From NCBI GenBank assembly GCA_003971905.1, contig RSEE01000027.1:372001-436000 (forward strand): a stretch of 64,000 bases of DNA, read 5' to 3'. The stretch is from Moniliella sp. 'wahieum' (lineage: Eukaryota). The translations under genes and the position numbers were made by a program. This document shows, piece after piece, positions 34,339-48,043 of the stretch; position 1 is the stretch's first letter, and every line of letters starts with the position of its first letter. The notes beneath the pieces are model-generated. The model had not been told where the DNA came from. It did no database searches and saw only the letters and a list, made by a program, of their open reading frames with translations.

Positions 34339-35135
34339 GGCGGACAGGAAGAATTGGATGATACGGAGGTGGATGGAGATGAAAGGAAAGATGGCGAGGG
34401 GGAATGAATGCGATGGAACGAGGGGAGGGGCCAAGCGAGTAATATGCAGTGAGAGAGGCGGAGGGCGGAGAGGTAGTCGATCAACGAAAGATGGGGTGCT
34501 CGGTTGCAGTTGGGAGGTTTTTGTGATAGTAAGGAATGGCAAGCTGCACGTGTCGACCTGCGGCACGGACAGAGTGATGGCTGGGGATGGGGAGGGGGGC
34601 AGGAGGAGGTGGAAGATGGCGAGGAAGGGTGGGGCAAGAGGGGGTTGGGTTATAATGGAGCTAGGCATGCCAATTAGATTGGATTAGAAATGGTTGGACC
34701 TCCCATCCGAGTCCCGCCCTTTCCTTATCGGCTTGAATGGAATCAGCTGAGGTAAGCCATTCGTCGCGCACAGCCAGATAATAAGCGCCCAGCCACGACC
34801 AATAGAGCTGGCTTGCCGCGCTAGCCAAGGGGGGCGCTTTGTTGCATCGCTACCAGAGAAAGTTGGCCATCGTGTATACAGTGAAATGCACTGCACATGC
34901 CTTCTGCCAACAGCTGACGCGAAGGCAGGAAGAAGTAGCTAAGAACGTGGAACTACAAAAAATGAAGCATTGCACAGATGCCTTCCGTCCGCGTCAACCG
35001 CTGACGTAGAGGTAGGAAGAAGCAACTGGTGCGAAAGAGACCGTGGAACTAGAAAAAAGTCAACACTTGTCCCAAGTAGCGCCTGATTTGGGAGAGACGA
35101 GGGTGGGCGAAGCAGAGGGCGAACCAAGACGGTAC

Positions 35136-36535
35136 TTAGGCCTGCTCGCCCGCGGGCTCAGGCGCTGCTGCCGATTGCGCACGAGAACGGGAGCGAGAGC
35201 GAGAGCGGGAACGGGAACGAGAGCGGGAGCGAGAGCGGGACCGGCTTATCCTGGGCGGCTTGGGACGTAGGAATTTGGGAGGCTTCCAGATCCCGTTGAA
35301 CACCATGGTCCCTGTCACAAGAAAAGAAAAGCCCAAGGCTTGGAGGGACCCTTGGACGAGGTGAAGGTGCTCCCAGCCGAGCAGAAGGCTGACGAGCCAA
35401 ATTCCCAGCGTACGGCACGTGTCGATGGTCGAGCGTGCTGCGGCGGAAATGCTTCGCGTAACGCTCAAGCCAAAAAAGTTGAAAAAGGCAATGGAGAAGG
35501 CGGTGGCCACCGCATAGCCGCGCACGGCTGGATATACGCCAGTTGTTCCCACCCGGTGCGAATATCAAAAACACCCCCTTGGCCGCCTGCCGTCTGACCA
35601 ATGAACAAGTGCAGCAGGACCATGCCGATCAGGGTGGTGGAAAACCCAAAGAAGCCTTCGGATCCAACAGCAATCAGAGGCTCCACCGTGTGCTGCTCCA
35701 TGATCTTTTCCTCCAGAACAAATTGGGAGGCAGTGAAAAGCTGGGCAAACAGGATGAAAGCACGCCCAGCAAAGACTCAGCCACTTGAGGAAGTTCCTCC
35801 TCGTCATCAACCAAGAGCACAGCCTGAGGTGCTGGCTGGGGCAACGATCCGCTCAGACCCACAATACCTACCCCTACCATAACGAGGGCGAGGCAGAGCC
35901 ACTGGAACGTGAGGAGGTGCCGACGAAGGAAGATGACACTGAACACACCGACCCACAGCACCAGAGCACCGCGTGTCATTCTGAAATCGAACCAAAGTGA
36001 GTCAGTACGATGCTATCAGCAGTACAAGGAAGCTGTGAGTGGACGTACTGGTAGATACTAACGGGGTCAGGATGAGGCCTACGTTCATAAGGGTCGTGCC
36101 GATAATGTCGCACAGAGCAGGGAGGAAGAAAAGTAACATGGCTTGGCCATGAATCAAGGGTTCATCCTCCTTGGTGCCATCCTCTGGGGGTCGCAGCCAA
36201 TGGGTCGACGGGTTCCAATACGGGTGTGGGAGGGAGGGAGCCGTATCGGGCGACGGCTCGGCCGGTCCGCTCTCAGGGAGGGGCGCGTAGCGTGGGTGCG
36301 GGTTTGATAGCGCGTTACCGCCCCATGGACCTGGCGTGCCAGAACAGGAAGCAGACACAGCATCTCTCCCACAAACATGACCAAGGTCTGCCACAGGCTG
36401 AGCATACTCGGCGTGCTTGCGCGGATCGGGGTCGTCGCAGTTGGCCACGCACACCTGGTCCTGCGCCTTGGACAAGAGGCTGTTGGTGATCCCAGTCGCC
36501 AGCATGAAGGCGACCAGGACGGGCACAGGCGCCAT
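35136..36535 (-). CDS. SLC35F6-like (DMT/nucleotide-sugar transporter family) membrane protein
   Basis: Motifs MLATGITNSLLSKAQD, WQTLVMFVGEMLCL, FFLPALCDIIGTTLMNVGL, QMTRGALVLWVGVFS, VGSEGFFG and SIAFFNFFGLSVTRSISAAARSTIDTCRT. One intron near 35985-36055. Confidence 0.9.
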
Positions 36536-36853
36536 GGCGAAGCAGTACACGGACCGACGAGGGCGGCCGAGGAGTAGGGAAGGGGGAGTGGTGGGGATGC
36601 CGGCTCGAGCAGGGGGATATTGGTCGGGCGACCGTACCTTGGACGTTATCGGGGCTCGAGTGCAGCAGCTCCCGCGGGGCGGCACCCCAACCCTAGCAGT
36701 GCCGCCTAGCTCCCTGCCATCCATCCTGCATCACTTGTCACATGCCCTCCCATGTGATGTTCATGTGATGCCCAAGGCAGGACGCACTGCTAATGTCTAT
36801 CCACCACTACCTCCCCGCCTCGCGCCCGCAACCAGATGAGCGCATATTCAGTA

Positions 36854-37666
36854 TCAGGCATACGTGTCCACCAGCGCATCGCGCAGCGCGTCCACCGACT
36901 TGGCGCCGCCCTCGCCCGACACCTTCAGTGCCGCCTCCACCACCGAAATCTCCGTCGCTGTCGACTCCATCCCACAGAACGCAGCCCAGTCGTTGGCCAG
37001 CAGCCCGGCCCCAATAATGTCCGACCCGCGGTTCACTGTGCCTGCCACCACAGGCACTTGCAGCAGCGACGAAAGCTCATCTTGGTCTTGGATCGTCGTG
37101 TGGGGGCTGACAATCGCGCCCTGGTTGGTAATGACCGAGTAGGAGCCCCACCAACACATTCTCCCCAATCGTTTGCCGGAACACCTCGACCTTGAGCACA
37201 TCTGCAATGATCTCCTCCGTTTCCCGGTCCAGATCCGGATGCACTACCGCCACATAGTCTGCATCGCCGCAACAAAAGTCAGATTAGCCTTCACACATGC
37301 AGAAACACCAGAGCAGCGAAAAAGACACGCACCGTTGCAGGCAATAACGTTGCCAAGCGCCGATAACCGCTCCTCGACCCGCTGGATAGCGACCGAATCA
37401 GGGAGAGAGTTGCGCAGGTGTTGCAGTTCTTGGTCGGTGGTCGTACTGGGAACAAGGAGGCCGTGGCGGTTTCCCACTGTCAAGCGGCCAACCAAGCGGG
37501 TGCTGGCAATGGAGCAGTGGATCACTGGCACCACATCGCCCAGCTCCGCCTCAAACGTGCTGTAAAAGTTGGTCGAGCCGCCCTGCGCCACAAGGCAGTA
37601 GGAGTTGGTCAGGCGCGCAAAAACACCAATCTCCGACGAGTTCTCAAAGCGCGTGCGGACAGCCAT
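36854..37666 (-). CDS. TIF6: Eukaryotic translation initiation factor 6
   Basis: [45 protein letters not shown] and [19 protein letters not shown]. Intron 37259-37332. Confidence 0.97.
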
Positions 37667-37933
37667 GGTATCCAAGGGGAAAGCGCTCGTGGTGGTGAGG
37701 CAACACAAGCGAGAGGGGGGGCAGCGCGGACGTCGGCTAGGCGAGTGGTCCGGCGGAGGGAGGCTGAAGAAATAGAAAAATTGAGGCGGAGCGTTCCGCT
37801 GCGTCGCTTCGGGTTCCGCTCGGGGCGGGCAGCACAAGAAGTTTGAATTTGGCGCGGCGCCCCTCGAATGAATGACTCCTTCGAGTTGGACAGGCGCCAC
37901 CATCCGCCACCTTCACCCTTGGCTGCCCGCACC

Positions 37934-38366
37934 ATGGATCGTGCGTGTCTGTTCCTGCCCGCGTGCCTGTTCCCAGGTACCATGCTTCTGACTCGACGTT
38001 CCCCTCAGTCTCCCACCTCTCTTCCGCCGAGCAGGCGTCGATGACGCGCATCATTGAGCAGAAGCAGATGAAGGACTTTATGAACCTCTACACGGGCTTG
38101 GTCGACGCTGCTTTGCATCGTGCTGCAATGACTTTACCAGCAAGGCTCTGAGTTCCAAGGAGGACACTTGCGTCGAGCACTGCACCACCAAGTTCCTCAA
38201 ACATTCCGAGCGGGTCGGGGCACGCTTTGCTGAAGAGAACGGTACGTCTTAAACCCTTAAAAAACGAGATGAATCATTGGTGACTCTTGCGACTGACTAT
38301 GCCGTCCCCTCCTCCCCCTCCCCGGCTCTGTTTTTAGCCAAACTCATGTCCCAGCAACAACGCTGA
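37934..38366 (+). CDS. TIM9: Mitochondrial small Tim chaperone Tim9
   Basis: [14 protein letters not shown]..., twin CX3[18 protein letters not shown]. Introns 37941-38008 and 38242-38337. Confidence 0.95.
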
Positions 38367-38464
38367 ACGGTTGCAGACAGGCACGCATACCACGTGGATG
38401 GGATGAAGATGAAAGATGGATGAATGATTGGACACTCCTCTACGGATTGGGGAAGCACGGCAGC

Positions 38465-40123
38465 TCATCGCCTCTTGTAGATGCACGGTTTGAGCAATGC
38501 CTCACCTTTCTTGACCAGCTCAGCTTGGTGCACGCGTTGCTCGGCATGGATCTGGTCCCAGTTGGGGCTGCGGAGCCAGGCGGGCTGGACCAGCTTGTTG
38601 TCATTTTTGGTAAACTCCAACAGGGTAAAGAAGGCCTTGGAGGCCTCATCTGCTGCCGAGCGCAAGTCAAATCCCAAAGCTGTGATGAGGTCAATGAAGC
38701 CCTGGTTGGAGGCCAACCGAGAGGTCACCTCGGCCACCAACAGCGTCCCACTACAAACGGCACAGGTCAGCGTCACCTCCCAACCAGCAGATAGAAATAA
38801 GGTAGCAACGTACTTGGGCTTGAGAATGCGCCGTGCTTCCACCAACATATCCACCCAGTTGGTGCCCATGAGCGACAGGCAAAACACACCCCATCCACCA
38901 CGGACGCGCTGCCGACCGATAAATCTTTGCCGACCGCTTGCACTTGCTCGGATATGAGCCCTCTCCGACCCGGAAGGGGGATCCGAGTCCCGACATCACA
39001 CCCCCACCATGCCATCTTGGCTGTCCAACAATCATAGGACAGCACAGTAGCCCAAGGGTCCTTGGCCAGCTCCCGCGCCAGCGGAGCAGTGCCCGCGCCC
39101 AAGTCGGCAATGGTCAGATGGCTGGGCCGCTTCCCGTTGCCCTTGCCACCGGAAGAAAGCTGGCGCAAGCGCGTGGCGATGCGCAGGACCGGATTGACGG
39201 GCCACTTTTTAGCTTGGCTGGAAAATCCCTCATGATACTCGGCCATCGTCTCGGGCTCGGTTTGCATCAAGTGGAGCGCTTCTTGCGTCGTGGTCGTATA
39301 GCGTCTCGTTGATCGACCGGAAACGAGCACCAGCGAGCGAGGCACTCATTTGCTGCTGTAGCTTGGTACGTTGAACGGGCGCCGGCGCGGGAGGGAGGAG
39401 CGGTAACAGGCACCACGGGAGTCGCCACCGTGTCTTTGGCTAGGGGCGAGGCTTTGCCGTGATCCGGCACAGCATCCAGCGCCCCCTCGCTCGTTTCGTG
39501 CTCTGCATCGTCCTTGCTCTGGGAAACCACCCGCTGAGGTGAAGCAGGGGAAGGCATCGACGTGTCCGCCGTGTCGGCGGGGGTGCCCGAAAGGCGCTGT
39601 TCCTGCGCAATTTTTTGCGTTGCGCTTTGGACAGTCCTTGCTCCTCGGGCGCAAGGGTCGGTTTGGCAACCTTGCTCGCCGCAATATCAAACACATCCTT
39701 CTTCTGCCCCCGGGGAGCGGATGAACGCTGCGCCAGGTCCGCGCGCGACGGTTCTTGCTCTTCGGGGGGAGGCGCATGCCGTTTGCGCGCCGCCTGCGCC
39801 GCCGCGTCCGTCTCGTCCGAGTGCTTCCGCTTGGTCAGCCGTCCTTTCAGACGCGGATCGACCAAGGTGGCCCCAGCGGCCCTTTGTGCCACCGCTTCGG
39901 CGCCCACGCCCACGTTCCCGATGGGCGGGGCCGTGTGGGGGGGCGTGGGCGCGGGTGTGGCCGTGGGTCTTGGGCGGACGGTGGGAGTGGTTGCGGGTGT
40001 GGGATTGGGCGTGGCGGGGGATGTGGAGGAGGCCGAGGCAGGGGCGAGCTGGGCCAGGATGCGTTCGGCGAGCTGTGCCTGCTGCGCCTGCATGGCCGCA
40101 GCGAGGGACGACACGTCGGCCAT
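38465..40123 (-). CDS. RRP8: 25S rRNA adenine-N1 methyltransferase Rrp8
   Basis: Motifs EYHEGFSSQAKKWPVNPV, IADLGAG, FCLSLMGTNW, EARRILKP, LLVAEVTSR and C-terminal LLKPCIYKRR. Intron 38751-38813. Confidence 0.95.
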
Positions 40124-40873
40124 GATGGTGTGGGGAGGGGGAGGGGCTGGGCACAGGCACAGGGAACAGGCGGGAGGCGTCGGGCGAAAGGCTAAGCCAG
40201 CCCCATCTAACTCTGGAAAGGCTGGCAGCCAAAAAAAAAAGCGGAAGGCGGGCGGAAGCACAAATGAAACATGCAGGGGTGCCCTCCGGCTGACGTATGC
40301 GGACAGGGTCCGCCTATCCAAAGGCAGAGGGAGCGGGGCTGAGTGCTGAGTACTGAGTGGGTTACTAGTTACTAGCTTTCCTGGGCTACTTGAAGCTTGA
40401 TCCAAGCCGAGGGGCTGGACAGAAGGGGAGAGGGGGGCTACGTGGACTGGGGCAGCGCAGTGCCATGTGGGGGGCCCGAAAGAGGAGCGGATGGAAGGGA
40501 GACGACCAGCCCGGCTTGCCGGGGGGGGGCGGATGAGTTGGCAGGACGGATGCATTGAGGATGCCATGCCAGGCTGGGTGGGGTAGGTGGGGCCGAGTCG
40601 GTGGGGCGGGGTTGAACGTTGATCGGCTGGGCGTGAATGATGATCGATGATCGCGTGCAGGCGCGCGTGAATGACCGATGAAGTCATCGATGACGGGGCC
40701 GCGGGGCACGTGACGACACTGCCCCCGTGCGGATTCGATGCGCCCCAGGCTGCCAGGCCAGGCGGGGCGGACGACGATTCATTCGGGCAGCACCCACAGC
40801 AGGCAGCCCAGCATTCGGCCAAGGCACACGCTCTCTCTCCTCCCTCCCACCCCCCCCCACCCCCACCCCCGCC

Positions 40874-43800
40874 ATGGACACCCTCGACCTCGCCACCCAC
40901 CAGTTCATATTCAGCGAGCTCGCCACCACCCTCGCCGCCCAGGCCGCCCGTGGCAAGCTGGCCGAGGGCGACCTCGCCGTCTTTGCGACCCCCGCCCGCA
41001 GCGCCCCTACCTCTCCCTCGCCGATGTGCGCACCCAGGCCGGCCTGGCCGACTCTGCGCCACCCTGGCCGCCCCAGGGCCCCTCTGCCGTTGACCAGATC
41101 CAGCCTGTCCTCGCCGACATCCGCTCCCAGCTGGACCAGCTCGTCGACACCCAGTTCGAGGAGTCCATGGTCTGGCATGGCTGGGCCCCGCCCGACCAGC
41201 TCGCCTACGCCCTGGTCGCCGGTCTGCTTCGTGTTGCGCGCCACGTTCCCTCGGTGCGTGACGCTAACCTGCACAGCATCCTTGCCTTTGCCCACAGTCT
41301 GGGCACCAAGCTGTCTGCCTCCACCGGCGACACCCACGCCATCGCAACTCGGTTCGCGCCCAGTTTCCATGGCCTGTATCGCGCTGTGGCCGACGTTCCG
41401 TTTCCATGGAAACCCTCCGAGTTTGTGGAATGAGCAAGGTCTTCCACCTCATTGGATCCTCCACCCTCGTCCTGCGCCGCCTCAATGACGCCCTTGTCAT
41501 TCTCCCCAGCAGGAGGCCGCGTACGACCAAGCCACCCGCTCTACCCGCCGCCGCGCCAAGGAAGACCCTGGCGACAACGCTTCGGTTACCACCTTTCTCA
41601 CCCAGTCCGATGTCGAGTCGCTGGAACAGGACGAGACAACGTTTGAGGACAAAGCAGACGAGGATGCGTTTGAGTATCGCGCTGGCCTCTTGACCTTCTA
41701 TGAACGCTCCCATCGTCCCCTGTCGGGCCAGTTTGTGCTGTGCGCCAGTGTCGAGATGTTGACCAGCGTCTTGTCGCAAGTGCTCGCTGCTTACATTTCT
41801 CCCTCGTCGGCCGAAGGGAAGCGGTCCCAGCCTCTGGACGAGCCAGCTCAAGTCCAAGCTTCTCCGAGGAGGATGCGACCTCGACGCACATCGCCTGGGG
41901 CAAATTGCTCACTGTGCCCGTGTCTTCCATTGAGGATGGCGAGTTTGCCCATGCGCTTGCCACCACCCTTCGTCTGGCCGGTCAAGCGTACCACAATGTG
42001 TACCGGTTTGTGCTCAACGAACAGATTAAAGAACACGGCGCGATCGTAGCCGAGCTCTACTCGCTCGAGATCCTCTCGGAAACGCTCAAGCTCAGTGTTC
42101 TGTCAACTGTAGGCCAAGCCCGTTCGGACCCGCCGCCATCAGTCCCGTGGTGGATGGAGACGTGTTTGGACGGGTCCGGACCCTCCTCTCGGACCAAGCG
42201 ATGATCTACGAGCCCATCCTTCAGAGCGCCGCCCTGCAATGCACCGGCATCCTGGTGCTCAACTTCCCCAGCCTCGTGATGCCCATGACGAGCCAGCGCC
42301 GCTTTGTGACGACCCGTTGGCGATGTTTGAGCCGCTTCCGGATCAGGAGGGACCTATCTCCCCTATTCTGGTCAGCGCTGCCAAGGCCTTGCGCAGTTGC
42401 GTGACGGCCCACGGCGACAAGGACCTGGTCGTCTCAACGGTGTATACATTGCTCAACTACCTCGGTCGCGACATGGGATATACTTCCACCGGTGGCTCGA
42501 CCCGCTCAGGCTTCTCGCGCATGAGCACACGTGACCGCGAACCTGTCATGGCTGGCCGGACCGAAGAACAAAGGCGGCCATCACGGCCAATGCGCTCGCT
42601 CTTGTTTCGCGCCTGGCAGCGGAGGTGGGCACACCCGAGGTGATTAGCCTTACGCTGAGCATGCTGCTCCAACGTCTCCGTGCCGCCGATGGATTTACCG
42701 AGGGGATCATCATGCTCAACATTATTCCTCTGGCGATTATTGGGAGCAAGCACTCGTTTATTGAGGTTGTTCGTGCCTTTAGCTCGGTTCTGCGCAGCAC
42801 CATGGCTGGCGGGGTCCAGCGTCGCGACAGTGAAGCTACTCATGTGGCCCTTTCCAGCTGGCGCGCAGCCTGAAACAACGGCCCGCTGAAGCAGCGTCGT
42901 CGGTGGCCCCCGCTGCGAATGGCACCAGTAAGGAGGCGGACAAGGCCGACGAGGCGGCGTCCAACCCCAAGGAAATGTTCCTGGTTGAATTACTGCAACT
43001 CTTCAATGAGCGCGGAAAGCAGCTGCAGGCGGCAACAAGTGCGCGAGCTACCAAGGAGGAGCTGTCTGAACTGCGGCTGGAGATGGCGCGGCTGTTGCCG
43101 ACGATTGCCGAACTGTTGACGCACAAGGATCTCAACCCGCAGCTGGAGCCCACCCTCGACATGGTCGCCCTCTTCCGAAACATGTGGTTCTTGTCGGTCT
43201 TGTTCAACTTGACCAACATCCAAGTGGCGCGGGGTGCGGCGTTGTTGGCCACTCGGTCGCACGCACCCCTGCGCCTTTCGGTGGATTCCGTCATCCATCC
43301 TGCGTCGGACATCAGCGCATCTTTGCTCTCGTGGCGCTCAAGACGCCCACCTTGGTCCCGGAGACGACGCGGAACTATCTCGAATCCGAGCTGCAGTACA
43401 ACTCGGTGCTCAAGAGCGACTTTGGAACTCGGCGATCGAGACGCAGCGGCAGCAATTGGCCAAGATTGTTCCTGCGCATGCCGCGACGGTCAAGGCGTTC
43501 AAGCTGCCTGAGATCGTCTTTTTGCTGACCATCTACAATGTCGAAGTCATTCGCAGCAGTTTGGGCCAGCCGTCGATGCTGCTCTGGTACTTTGTCAATG
43601 ACGGTCTCAACTCGTCGCGCCTGGTCGGTCCGATGGAGAGCATTGTGGACACGGTCATCAAACAGTACCTCCAGGACATTCGCGCGCGCATGGCCGAGCA
43701 CAGCGTCGATCCGCAAGTGGTCAACGAATTCAAAACCTGTTCCTCTCTGTCCACCGCGTCACCAAGGTGCGCGAGATTTCTCGCCGCTTCTTGGACGCGC

Positions 43801-46800
43801 TCTTTGGCACGTACCCGGCACTGCTGTGCGACCCCAAGCTGATTGTGGTGGTACTGGAGATGCTTACCTTGCTTCGCCAGGGATGCGAGGCGGCTTACAC
43901 GGACGAGTACATGCCCGTCTACACCTTTGTTTCGTCGCGGGCATTTCCTTTGACTTGACTGACAATTACGTCCAACGCGAAGAGATCCTGCGCTCTTTCC
44001 TCCAGAGTGCGCAAGTACCTCCAGCTGACCTCCGGGTCGCCCCCGTCGAGCTCAAGAGCTTGCTAGAGGAGTACCTCTCCAACGTCGACGGTTCCTCTTC
44101 GGGATCCTACACAGAGTTGGGCAAGAGCGTCGCGGCCGAGATGGCTCGGTCGGCTTCGGTGGGAAACCGTCAAGAGGCGTTCCTCCCGGCGCTGGGTGGA
44201 TGGCAGGCGGACGCCAGCAGCAGCTTGTTTGACGATCTGACCGCCAAGTCCAATACGGCGGCGAGGTCACCGGGATTCACCTTGCCCTTACGCGCCAACT
44301 CGCCGAATTGAAGGATGATCCCTCGGCCGACTTTTCCGAGGCGACCATCTCCAATGTCAAGGCCCAGCTGGTTGCGGTTGCCAAGGCCACCAGCCCCCCC
44401 CGGCTGCCGATCTGCGCCGTCTGCTCTACCGCACAGCCGCCTTGATTGTGGCTTTGCCTCACGTACGTTCACTTCTGCTTTGCTCTGCCCCGACTGCCCC
44501 CCTGGTTTGTTTTCCTCCATACCGCGAAAGCTGACATATCCCTTCTGTATAGGTGGACTTTGACCTGATCCACTACCTTGTCTCCATCCCAGTTCATCTG
44601 TTTGATCCGGTGACCGTTCTGACTGCGACCCATACTTGGTCGTGGGTCCTCTCAGCCCGGCCGGCGGCAGAGAGCAAGTTGATGACCGAGTTGACACTCG
44701 CCTGGACCTGGACCATCCACACCGCCGAGGCCTCTTTTCGCCCATGCTCACCTCCAAGCATCCCTTCTTCCAGAAAACCGAGATGAGCGCCTTTGATCGC
44801 AACCTGATCACGGCCGAACTGAGCACAGCCAAGCAGCTCTTTGAACCTCACTTGATTCTCATCCGCCTCATCTCGAGTCGCTACCAGGCGTTCCAGAGCC
44901 GAGACCCGGCCATGGCCTTGTCCACCGCACGCTTGCTTGACAACACGGCCCGTGCGGCCGACTTGATGAGCACGCACCCCTTGAGCCGCGAGGTACGCTT
45001 CATGATTGTTCAATTTGGGTTGCGTGTGCTGCAGGGCGGCACGCTGGATGTGTTCCTGGAATATCAGCTGCGCAAAGGCTTGTACCGCGTCGCGTTGAGT
45101 TGGTTTGCCGGTCTACCCTCTTGGTCCTTTGGCAGCAACCGGCTGCAGGTCTTGGCCGAGCTGCGCCTGATGCAGGAAGTGATGGCGCTGTTGCAACAAG
45201 ACCGTCTCGCTGCCGTCGAATCGCTCACGTCGTTCCCTGCCGACCCGCTGTACGTGCGTTTGGGTGGCCACATGTCGGTGGCCCAGGCGGCCCAGTCAAT
45301 TGCCGAGCAACGCCAAGTGCTTCTCCTGCTCATCGAGAACGAGGTGTCTCGTTACTCGGTTTGGTCCAACCCGCTCCAAGCGCCGGCGCGCGGCAAGGAT
45401 TATGTGGGCCCCGTGACGAGCAAAATGACCGAATCCGGCTGGGCGCGGCGGTGCGGGTGGCCTGGTCCGTGTACCCATCTGTGGTGGTGCAGATGATGCA
45501 ACGGCTGCAAGTGCCTACCGTTGGGATGGAAGCCGGCCGCCTGGTTCGGTCCGAGCCGTGGAAAGTGGTGGACTGCCCCGATGCGCTGCCGCTCCTGACG
45601 GACAATTACCTTCAGAGTGCGCTGCGCGAACGGTCGACTTGAGCTGGCTGTTGTACTGGGCCCCTGTCTCGCCAGTGGAGGCCGTGGAGCTGTTCCAGCC
45701 CAAGTACGGAAGCAATCCGCTTCTGTTCCAGTATGCCATGAAGACGCTCAAGCACCATCCGGTCGACTTGACCTTCTTCTACGTTCCCCAAATTGTCCAG
45801 GCGCTGCGGTCGGATCCGTATGGGTACGTGGAACAGTTTATCTTTGAGCAGTCCAAGATCTCCCAGCTGTTCTGCCACCAGATTATTTGGAACATGCGCG
45901 CCAACAGTTACAAGGACGACGATGCATCGATTGAAGACTCGCTCAAACCTACCTTGGACCGGATGGTGGATTCGATTGTGAGTCACCTGTCGGGGCAGGC
46001 CCAAGAGTTTTACGAACGCGAGTTCTCCTTCTTTAATGAAGTGACCGACATCTCGGGTAAACTCAAGCCCTACATTAAGAAGTCCAAGGCGGAAAGAAGG
46101 CCAAGATTGACGAGGAGATGGCCAAGATCAAGGTGGATCAAGGCGTGTATTTGCCGTCCAACCCGGATCGTGTGGTGGTTTGGCGCGCAAGTCGGGTCGG
46201 CCCCTTCAATCGCACGCCAAGGCGCCGTTTATGGCACTTTAAGTGCGCCGCGAGGTCCTCGGGGCCGGGCGCGCTGGACGCCAACGGTAGATCCCATGAT
46301 GCCCATTGACGTTTGGCAGTCGGCCATCTTCAAGGTGGGTGACGATTGTCGGCAAGAGGCTGGCGCTGCAGATCATTGCCATGTTTAAAAACATCTTACC
46401 AACGCTGGGCTCGACTTGTACCTCAACCCCTACCGTGTTACCTACCGCCACCGGACGGGAACGGTGTGATTGATGTGGTGCCCAACGCCACGTCGCGCGA
46501 TGAGATGGGCCGCGCCCAGGTCAACGATCTCTATGCCTGGTTCCTCTCCACGTTTGGCAACCCGGACAGTATCTCGTTCAAAAGGCCCGCATCAACTTTA
46601 TCCAGTCCATGGCCGGGTACAGCTTGGCGACGTACATTGCCCAAGTGCGCGACCGGCACAATGGTAACATTATGATTGATGGCGAGGGCCACTTGGTCCA
46701 CATGACTTTGGCTTCTTGTTTGATATTGGGTACGTCCTTCTTTCCTTTCTGCTGGCAACGGACCCCTTCTGACCGTGGGTGTGTGGGTGTGGATGTGGTT

Positions 46801-47178
46801 GTGGGGTACAGACCGGGTGGGATGCGCTTTGAGCCGGACAGCTTCAAGTTGACGGGGGAGATGATTGAGGTGATGGGCGGCGGCAAGAGCCAAGGGTTCC
46901 AACTCTACTCGGAGTTGGTCGTCAAGGGCTTCCTCGCCATTCGGGAATACGCCGAAGACGTGATTGCAGTGTGCCATTTGATGCTGCCGACGGATCTGCC
47001 TTCGTTCAAGGGCGAACCTACGATTGGTCGGCTGCGCGACCGGTTCAAGTTGGACCTCAGCCCACGCGAGGCAGCCAAGTACGCCGAAGGCTTGATTGCC
47101 AATGCGTACGAAAACCGTCGTTCCACCGCATACGACGAACTGCAGTACATCCAAAACGGTATCCCCTCCCGTCGTTAA
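40874..47178 (+). CDS. STT4: Phosphatidylinositol 4-kinase type III alpha
   Basis: Motifs LFRNMWF, LMSTHPLSREVRF, LLYWAPVSP, FFYVPQIVQALRSD, SQLFCHQIIWNM, AIFKVGDDCRQ, SMAGYS..QVRDRHNGNIMID and YDELQYIQNGIP. Introns 44463-44552 and 46730-46811. Confidence 0.96.
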
Positions 47179-47958
47179 AGTGGTGTTATCCCCCCCCTCG
47201 ACCTCCTCCAGGGGCCGTGGCGTGGCTCGTGTCTCGCCCTCCCTCTGCCATGATTTGCTCGACGACAGTCGCGGATGGCTTGAATGGGCTGGCGGCTTTT
47301 GTGTTCTCCCCCCCCCCACTGCCCTATCGTATCTCCTTGTGATGCCTCTGGCCAGCTTGGCCTCTTGCTTTCCTCTTCCACACGTACAAATCTATCTTTC
47401 TTGTTTCGTACTATACACTACACACTGCCCGCTTGCCACACCCTCGCACTGTTTCTTATCCAGGTCTCCTTGTAGCCAGCCCGCGATCCTGGGATGCGGG
47501 ATGGGGGAGCAAACCGCTTCCCTTGACAGAGCGTCCCGGCTCATCCAGCCGTCTCTGGCCGTCCTGTCCCCCGGCCCATGCACGCAAGCTTGTATTGCCA
47601 TAGTGCATGTCACATGTCATGTCGCTTGGCAATGAACCACATTCTCACCTAGGTAGTCTAGAGCGCACTCCACCGGAGACGGTCCGTCAGCCGGTCACGA
47701 GATCCGATCGGGGGCAAACAATTAAAGCGTTGTGCGCACCGGCTCTTCTTCGAATCGAGCCCTGCCAACCGGTGGTGGTGGGAACCAAATGAGGGCGCCC
47801 CGTCCCAACGCTTCCCCGCCCTGGTGCGAGGGGCCCACGGGGTCAGGCACGAGCAAACCCACGATGCGAGCAACCTCTACCCCCGGCAGAATCTCAAGGC
47901 AAAATGGGACAAAAGGATGCAGGTGTCCTACATCAAAGATCTATTCGCAACCCAATTC

Positions 47959-48043
47959 GCCTCGCTATTTCAATCGGTAGAATTTGAGACTCTTACTGCA
48001 GAGGTCTATCTCACGGTTGTGGGTTCGAGTCCCACGTGGGGCG
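47959..48043 (+). tRNA. tRNA-Lys(CUU) with 12-nt intron (47996-48007)
   Basis: Acceptor GCCTCGC/GTGGGGC, anticodon stem TGAGA/TCTCA, anticodon CTT, T-arm GTGGG-TTCGAGT-CCCAC, downstream T4 tract. Confidence 0.93.

Noticed and set aside
39440..41488. Long antisense and overlapping ORFs (e.g. 540 aa at 39440-41062, 421 aa at 8350-9615)
   Set aside because: Shadow or read-through ORFs caused by high GC. Only the parts matching RRP8, STT4 and IleRS have family motifs.
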